Shown piece after piece: positions 58,362-64,000 of a DNA stretch of 64,000 bases. The notes under the pieces were generated by a model. It searched no databases. It saw nothing but the letters and a program-made list of their open reading frames with translations, and had not been told where the DNA came from. The position numbers and the translations under genes were made by a program. Origin of the DNA: Candidatus Pacearchaeota archaeon (lineage in GTDB: Archaea > Nanobdellota > Nanobdellia > Pacearchaeales > GW2011-AR1). The DNA lies in assembly GCA_016866955.1 (NCBI GenBank), contig VGKT01000002.1:16072-80071 (forward strand). The letters are read 5' to 3'. Each line of letters opens with the position of its first letter. The stretch's first letter is position 1.

Positions 58362-58715
58362 CTAAACTTTCGTGAAAAATCGTATCCCGTCTCCATCCTT
58401 TCGCGGAATCAAATGTAAATGTGCATGCGGTACCACTTGCCCCGCAGGTTCTAAATTATTCATTATCACGTTAAACCCATCTCCAAGTTTCTTATCAAGC
58501 AACGAAGAAGCAACTGCTTTCGTAAAGGTCAAAAGTTCAGAACCCCAATTGTCAGGCAAATCAAATAATGTAACAAAATGTTGTTTAGGAATAATCAACA
58601 CATGTCCTGGAGCAACAGGATGTGCATCTTTCAAAGCAATAAATCGATCACTCACTCGTATAACCTCTCCTTTTACTTCCCCAGCAATAATCTTACAAAA
58701 AATACACGAATTCAT
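58362..58715 (-). CDS. HIT family nucleotide hydrolase
   Basis: CIFCKI, GH.LIIPK.H, AGQVVPHAHLHLIPR. Confidence 0.96.
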   Translation of the reverse strand: MNSCIFCKIIAGEVKGEVIRVSDRFIALKDAHPVAPGHVLIIPKQHFVTLFDLPDNWGSELLTFTKAVASSLLDKKLGDGFNVIMNNLEPAGQVVPHAHLHLIPRKDGDGIRFFTKV

Positions 58716-59524
58716 TATTTCTCATCACTTAATGCACTATAAAAAGATTCACGCAATACCTGACGATTTGTCTCTGCACGTGAATTTCCTGCAAATACTC
58801 CTTCCCACCATCCTTTTTCTTCAGGTTGTCCAACCAATGACGCAGCCAATTTAGCAATTTCCTTACTAAAACTACTTCTCGAAGCATATACACTCATAGG
58901 AATACGTGTAAAAGTTGCACCTACATGTTTCTTATCATCAGGTAATTGAGCAACCACTGGAATATCGGTTGCAAGTTCAATATCGCTTAAACTCAACTCA
59001 TATTTTGAATCTCGCAATTTATTTAACACAATGCCTGCAATCGGCTTTCCTCGCTGTTTCGCCACTTGTGCTGCACGCAACGTACTCGACAAGGTGGGAT
59101 AATCAGGGGTTGAAACTACAAACAAGGCATCACTTGCAATAATCGCAGATAACGTCTCATCATTCAAATGAGGTGAAGAATCTAATACAACAAAATCATA
59201 TTCTTCCTTAATTCCTGCAAGTCGATCTTTCAATTTAAACGCAGGAATTGCTCGACCATAACTTTGATGCCCAGGAATAACATCAACTCCATATCTCGTA
59301 TGAACCGCACTAATTGGTCTAGCCTTTCCATCTAACACTTCATGTATCGTTTTATGTGGTTCAAGAATATCCATATGGTGTCCTACATGCGGAGTCGTAT
59401 AATTCGCATCCACTAACAACACTTTTTTTCCATATTCTTGCGCAAGTGTTGTTGCAAGTGAAGCAGCAACAGTAGTTTTACCCACCCCTCCTTTAATTGA
59501 AATCACCCCTATGGTTGTACCCAT
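58715..59524 (-). CDS. MinD/ParA family ATPase
   Basis: KGGVGKTT, LLVDAN, YDFVVLDS.P, GIVLN. Confidence 0.93.
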   Translation of the reverse strand: MGTTIGVISIKGGVGKTTVAASLATTLAQEYGKKVLLVDANYTTPHVGHHMDILEPHKTIHEVLDGKARPISAVHTRYGVDVIPGHQSYGRAIPAFKLKDRLAGIKEEYDFVVLDSSPHLNDETLSAIIASDALFVVSTPDYPTLSSTLRAAQVAKQRGKPIAGIVLNKLRDSKYELSLSDIELATDIPVVAQLPDDKKHVGATFTRIPMSVYASRSSFSKEIAKLAASLVGQPEEKGWWEGVFAGNSRAETNRQVLRESFYSALSDEK

Positions 59525-59606
59525 AGACTGCAGTATCTATGTTTGTTTATAAATATAAGTAAAAAAATAGGTATCTTTATAACACGACCAAAGAACAAAG
59601 TAGCAA

Positions 59607-59677
59607 GGGCCCATAGTTCAGTGGTAGAACGCCTGGCTGGCAGTCAGGAGGTGTGAGTTCGATTCTCGCTGGGTCCA
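59607..59677 (+). tRNA. tRNA-Ala(GGC)
   Basis: GGGCCCA/TGGGTCC with G3:U70; CCTGG-CTGGCAG-TCAGG. Confidence 0.95.
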
Positions 59678-59680
59678 GAT

Positions 59681-60436
59681 TTATTCCACAAACAACAAAC
59701 TCGCCATCACTGCAATACCTAAGATAAAGGCAAGCACTTGTCCTAAGGAACGGCGAGTAGTAGCATCTTTATGTAATTCAGGAATTAAATCAGCAGTCGC
59801 AATGTAAATAAATCCACCTGCAGCAAGAGGAAGCAACCAATGTACCAATCCTTCAATACGTCCTGCAACCAAAAGGGTGACAATCGCGCCCACCACTGCA
59901 GCCAATGCAGTCAAGAAATTCAACCACAACGCTCGTTTACGCGTAAATCCTCCATGAAGTAATACCCCGAAGTCTCCAATTTCTTGCGGAATCTCGTGAA
60001 GCATCACGGCAAGCGCGGTTGCAATACCGGTATGCCAATTTACTAAGAATGCTCCTGCAATCAATACTCCATCCAAGAAATTATGTAAAGCATCTCCAAT
60101 CAAATTAGTATAGGCAAAAGCGTGTACATGTTCTTTCTCATCAATGGGCATATGACAATGTCGCCAATGAATTACTTTTTCCAATAAAAAGAACAACACC
60201 ATTCCTCCCAATACGCCCAAACTAATGCGCATAACAAATCCTCCTGCTTCTTCAACGGCTTCAGGTAACAAATGTAAGAATACGTCTCCCAACAGTGCTC
60301 CAGCAGCGAAACTAATCAAATAAATAACCACGGTCTTCAATTTCTTTAATTGTACTCCAAAAGTAGCAAGGCCTACAAATGAGAGTAAACTCACAACAAA
60401 CACAGACAACAACGACCAAAACCAAATATCGTACAT
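59681..60436 (-). CDS. ZIP family metal transporter
   Basis: FAAGALLGD.FLHLLPE, HNFLDG, HEIPQEIGDF; start approximate. Confidence 0.95.
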   Translation of the reverse strand: MYDIWFWSLLSVFVVSLLSFVGLATFGVQLKKLKTVVIYLISFAAGALLGDVFLHLLPEAVEEAGGFVMRISLGVLGGMVLFFLLEKVIHWRHCHMPIDEKEHVHAFAYTNLIGDALHNFLDGVLIAGAFLVNWHTGIATALAVMLHEIPQEIGDFGVLLHGGFTRKRALWLNFLTALAAVVGAIVTLLVAGRIEGLVHWLLPLAAGGFIYIATADLIPELHKDATTRRSLGQVLAFILGIAVMASLLFVE

Positions 60437-60467
60437 AGGAGAATATACCAGAAGTAACACTTAAATC

Positions 60468-60605
60468 TTACTTCACTCGCAATCCCCGAGGATTACTCAT
60501 ACGCACCACTTACATATAGACAAGCACCATCACCAGAGCCATAATACCTACAAAGGCAAAGCCAAACGGCCAGAACAACCACCCCCTTCCTCCATCCCAC
60601 ATCAT
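60468..60605 (-). pseudogene. small single-TM protein gene with internal TAA (60510-60512), or a 31-aa microprotein
   Basis: MMWDGGRGWLFWPFGFAFVGIMALVMVLVYM*VVRMSNPRGLRVK; TATA 23 nt upstream. Confidence 0.5.
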
Positions 60606-60637
60606 GAGAACAAATAATAAAAAGAGTGTATATATAA

Positions 60638-62110
60638 CTACTTCACGCGTGTTTCAACGTTCTTTCCCAGCGTAACAAGTTTTTCTCCCCGTATCACCTT
60701 TCGTACTACTTCAACTACTCCTCCCAATTCTACAACCACTTGCTTGGTACTATCTCTATCACGAATCGTAACGTTGTCTGTTTTCTCACTCTCAGGATCA
60801 ATCGTGATACACAAAGGGGTACCACTTTCATCCTGTCGCGCATAGCGTTTCCCAATACTTCCCGATTCATCATACACAACCCCCCATCCTTCTGCACGTA
60901 ATTCCTTAACTAAGGCACGAGCAATCTTCTCTTCTTTCCCTTTACCAGTTAAAGGAAATACTGCAACCTGAGCAGGAGCAAGATAAGCAGGAAGATGTAA
61001 AATAACGTTATCGCGTTTCACATCATGTTCATACGCATTGCATAACAAAGCCATCACAATTCTATCCATACCGAACGTTGGTTCAATAACACGGGGCACC
61101 ACTTTCTGTTTTGTCTTTTCATCAAATACTTCTAATTTTTGCTTTGAGAACTGCACATGTTGTCCTAAATCATACTGTCCTCTATTTGCATTCCCTCCGA
61201 CTTCGTTACTCCCAAACGGATATTCAAAGTCTAAATCAAACGTAGCAGAAGAATAATGACTTAATTCTGTTTTCATATGTTCTCGAATCTTGATCTTCTC
61301 AGCAAGCCCTAACGAATCAAACCAAAGCAGTTGCTCAGCTAACCAATACGCATGCCACTCATCCAATCTTCCTTCTTTCACCATTGCACCAATTGTAGTT
61401 TCTTTCAAGGTTTCCTTCCCCTTTACTTGAGTCTCAGCATCCAATAAACGTACCTTCACTTTCTTATGTCCAGCATCAAGCAACGCACAGGTCTTCTCAT
61501 CAGGATGTATAAAGAATTCAAATTCTCCAATTGTAAATTCACGGCATCTAAAAATAAAATCACGCGGAGCAATTTCATTCCGGAAACACCGCCCCACTTG
61601 TGCAATACCAAAGGGCAATTGCTTTCGAGCAGTTTCTTGCACCAACTTGAAATCCATAAACATCGCTTGTGCCGTTTCTCCACGTAAATAAGCTTCCGTA
61701 GGTTTCAACGCCCCCACATTCGTTTTAAACATAAGGCTAAACTCTCCTTGTACCTCATACTTCCCACCACAGGCAGAACAGTTCACTTTCCCCACTTCAC
61801 TCTTATCCAACTTAGTTGCTTGCTTACATTTAGTACATACAACCGCCACATCTGAAAAAGAGGCAACATGTCCTGAAGCTTGCCAAGTAGTAGGATGACT
61901 AATCACACTTGCTTCAATACCAGCCATATCATCCCGAGCAACAAACCATTTCCAAAAGTCTCGCTTTACGTTTTGAAATAATTCAACCCCTAATGGTCCA
62001 TAATCCCAAAAGCCTGAGAATCCTCCATAGATATCACTTGAGCGAAAGATAAATCCCTTCCGCTTGCAAAACTGTGCAAGCTCATCAATCGTCAAAGCAG
62101 AACTAACCAT
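60638..62110 (-). CDS. glyS: glycyl-tRNA synthetase (alpha2, archaeal/eukaryotic type)
   Basis: GFWDYGPLG, LRGETAQ, FRNEIAPR, VIEPTFG.DR, SIGKRYARQDE.GTP. Confidence 0.97.
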   Translation of the reverse strand: MVSSALTIDELAQFCKRKGFIFRSSDIYGGFSGFWDYGPLGVELFQNVKRDFWKWFVARDDMAGIEASVISHPTTWQASGHVASFSDVAVVCTKCKQATKLDKSEVGKVNCSACGGKYEVQGEFSLMFKTNVGALKPTEAYLRGETAQAMFMDFKLVQETARKQLPFGIAQVGRCFRNEIAPRDFIFRCREFTIGEFEFFIHPDEKTCALLDAGHKKVKVRLLDAETQVKGKETLKETTIGAMVKEGRLDEWHAYWLAEQLLWFDSLGLAEKIKIREHMKTELSHYSSATFDLDFEYPFGSNEVGGNANRGQYDLGQHVQFSKQKLEVFDEKTKQKVVPRVIEPTFGMDRIVMALLCNAYEHDVKRDNVILHLPAYLAPAQVAVFPLTGKGKEEKIARALVKELRAEGWGVVYDESGSIGKRYARQDESGTPLCITIDPESEKTDNVTIRDRDSTKQVVVELGGVVEVVRKVIRGEKLVTLGKNVETRVK

Positions 62111-62160
62111 AGCAAGCTATGTTATTACAAGGTATATAAAGGATACTAAATAAGAAGACA

Positions 62161-62295
62161 TTATTTCAAACCGCCCATTCTACAGACCGTAGTACTGCAG
62201 CTTAGACATTTACCTTTTGCAATTTTAGTGCCTTTTGAAGTCTTAGATTCAACAGGATTCTTTATGTCAACCTTCTTCTTACACTTCACTAAATA
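62161..62295 (-). pseudogene. 5'-truncated DUF5679-like paralogue
   Basis: YLVKCKKKVDIKNPVESKTSKGTKIAKGKCLSCSTTVCRMGGLK preceded by an in-frame TGA; aligns to 62371-62565. Confidence 0.7.
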
Positions 62296-62315
62296 TCAAT
62301 CTAAAAAATAAAAAA

Positions 62316-62350
62316 TGATTCCTCCCCCACTCCCTAGGGTAGAGGATCAT
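62316..62350 (-). terminator. hairpin followed by a T-tract after the DUF5679-like gene
   Basis: ATGATCCTC...GAGGAATCAT followed by TTTTTATTTTTT on the minus strand. Confidence 0.4.
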
Positions 62351-62370
62351 TTGAGTATAATTAATTAAAA

Positions 62371-62565
62371 TTAAAATCCTTTTTTAGCTTCGCCAGCCTT
62401 TATAGCAGCGTTTGCTTTATCTTCAGACATCATCGCACAAACGGTGATTCCAGTTTCAGGGCACTTTCCTTTAGCGATAAATCCGCCTCTGGCAGTTTTT
62501 TCTATAACTGGGTCTTTGATCTTTACTTTCTTTTTTGCTTTGACGCTATATCCTTCAATTGCCAT
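62371..62565 (-). CDS. small basic DUF5679 / Cren7-like protein
   Basis: GYSVKAKKKV.IKDP...T..G....KGKCPETG..V; GGAGGT SD. Confidence 0.8.
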   Translation of the reverse strand: MAIEGYSVKAKKKVKIKDPVIEKTARGGFIAKGKCPETGITVCAMMSEDKANAAIKAGEAKKGF

Positions 62566-62655
62566 TTTAACCTCCATAAACAAAAAGGGGAAATGCTCCT
62601 TTTAAACCCTTCCAAGAACAAACAAGCTTAAAAACCAAGTCAAAGATCAAAGTCT

Positions 62656-63339
62656 ATGTCTTCCTATCACTTCTGGAAATATCAGGTAATTACTCATAAT
62701 CCTCGTCATTTTTTAGATGTACGCAAACCAACTTCAAGTGAAAGGGACGAAATCGCAGAGGTCTTTAAAAAACTTCCCTTCTTACTAGGCACCAATAAAT
62801 GGTCATTAACCGGAGGACTAACAATCCCCGCTTCAACAGGAAACATACTTCGATGCCATGGAGATATTGATATCGGAGTCAAGGTAGAAGATATGGAAGA
62901 AGTAAGTGGGCGAATACTCTCGAAAGGATATGGATTATACACTCGAGTATTTATGGGTCACAGTTCAAGAAAAGAAAAAGTAGATATTTATGAAGCAATT
63001 GATCCAAAACAAGCAAGAATAAAAAAGAACGTACGATTTGTACGAATAGATGATCGGCACAAAATAGTTCGTCATGGGTACCTTTTAGATTATATGGATG
63101 TCTATTTATGCGAAGAACAAGGAGAAATGATACGTTGTCTTGAAGATGGATTTACAGCACCCAAAGAATGGCACGTCGGAGGAATGTATCAAGGTCAATG
63201 CCCCGAACAATCGTTCCCTCTGAGAGATTTACAATACATTAAAGCAATAAAAGAAAGAATAATAGCGCGAGGAAAGGAGCGAAGAAGAGAAAAAGACGTG
63301 TTTGACGACGAAACGCTAAAAAGCCTACTCGGAAGATAA
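62656..63339 (+). CDS. nucleotidyltransferase (LinA/ANT(2'')-like)
   Basis: WSLTGGL...G...R.HGDIDIGV, later DVY, C-terminal KD..D. Confidence 0.78.
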   Translation: MSSYHFWKYQVITHNPRHFLDVRKPTSSERDEIAEVFKKLPFLLGTNKWSLTGGLTIPASTGNILRCHGDIDIGVKVEDMEEVSGRILSKGYGLYTRVFMGHSSRKEKVDIYEAIDPKQARIKKNVRFVRIDDRHKIVRHGYLLDYMDVYLCEEQGEMIRCLEDGFTAPKEWHVGGMYQGQCPEQSFPLRDLQYIKAIKERIIARGKERRREKDVFDDETLKSLLGR

Positions 63340-63360
63340 GGATATCCCTGCTAGTAAGAA

Positions 63361-63433
63361 AGCGCACGCCCGGATTTGAACCGGGGAAAAGTCGCTCTGC
63401 AGGCGACCGCAGTAACCGCTGTGCCACGTGCGC
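63361..63433 (-). tRNA. tRNA-Cys(GCA)
   Basis: GCGCACG/CGTGCGC, GTCGC-CTGCAGA-GCGAC, U73. Confidence 0.95.
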
Positions 63434-63488
63434 ATCTCTGTTTGGTGTTTCTGAGTTCTTTTAAAGATATGGTTAAAGAAGATACATA

Positions 63489-63563
63489 CGCTCCCGACAG
63501 GATTTGAACCTGCGACCTGCGGATTAGAAGTCCGCTGCTCTATCCAAGCTGAGCTACGGGAGC
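63489..63563 (-). tRNA. tRNA-Arg(TCT)
   Basis: GCTCCCG/CGGGAGC, GCGGA-CTTCTAA-TCCGC. Confidence 0.96.
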
Positions 63564-63681
63564 TTAACAAGAGGACAAAGAGACGAGCTTTAAACGTTTC
63601 GAAAAAAGAATATCTTATACGATCTATAAAAATGCACTGTTTTTTAAAAAGATAATTAAAGGAAGAAAATAATACTTCTAA

Positions 63682-64000
63682 ATGAAAATAACGCTGGGTG
63701 CAAATCTTATTGGAGTAAAAGACATTCTTAAAGCAAAAAAATGGTACGCACAAGTATTCGGTATGAAAACAGTTGAATGTCGTCCTCCTGAATTTTTAGA
63801 AATGACGTTGGGCAAAAATACCTTTTATATTGAAACAAAAAATCCAAAACGAGCAAAAGGATTTGAAGAAGAATTTAGAGTAGGGGAACGCTCCTCAGCG
63901 ATCATTGTAGTTTCAGATATGCACGCATTCATAAAAAAGTGCAAAAAATTAAAAGTGACAATCATTGTTCAACCAGTTCAACAGTTTTGGGGAGGATGGA
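63682..64000 (+). CDS. VOC/glyoxalase family protein (runs off the window)
   Basis: IGVKDILKAKKWY..VFGM ... V.D......K...V.I...P....WGG. Confidence 0.88.
   Translation, partial: MKITLGANLIGVKDILKAKKWYAQVFGMKTVECRPPEFLEMTLGKNTFYIETKNPKRAKGFEEEFRVGERSSAIIVVSDMHAFIKKCKKLKVTIIVQPVQQFWGGW

Noticed and set aside
5820-60512. Stop-codon reassignment suggested by in-frame stops in small ORFs
   Set aside because: The three cases use three different stops (TGA, TAG, TAA), and all three codons terminate conserved genes normally in this window.
62110-63361. Integrated element at tRNA-Cys
   Set aside because: No duplicated tRNA 3' end (att site) and no integrase found.

Overview
This window is chromosomal DNA from a small-genome archaeon, most likely DPANN and Pacearchaeota/Woesearchaeota-like. 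That placement is inferred from TBP, TFE, RpoL, aIF-1A, S17e, GatDE, RadB, a short single-unit EndA, leaderless TATA promoters and the near absence of metabolic genes. Housekeeping content: five aminoacyl-tRNA synthetases (aspS, proS, alaS, leuS, glyS), gatB/C/D/E, dys, lig, scpB and five tRNAs, one with a structured 83-nt intron. Interspersed accessory elements: (i) two signal-anchored proteins with a near-identical N-terminal module followed by phage tail-fibre or lectin-like modules joined by DNA-identical linkers; (ii) a 2531-aa Kazal/discoidin/DUF4214 surface protein and a 714-aa Cys-rich surface protein that share an unnamed domain, the latter with a (CT)10 tract between its TATA box and start codon; (iii) two TrmB loci, each with a 12-6-12 palindrome and divergent AT-rich cargo; (iv) an AT-rich glycosylation island; (v) a HAD-like domain inserted in frame in AlaRS. 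I found no CRISPR array, rRNA, transposase or integrase. All domain calls are by eye from motifs; no searches were run.
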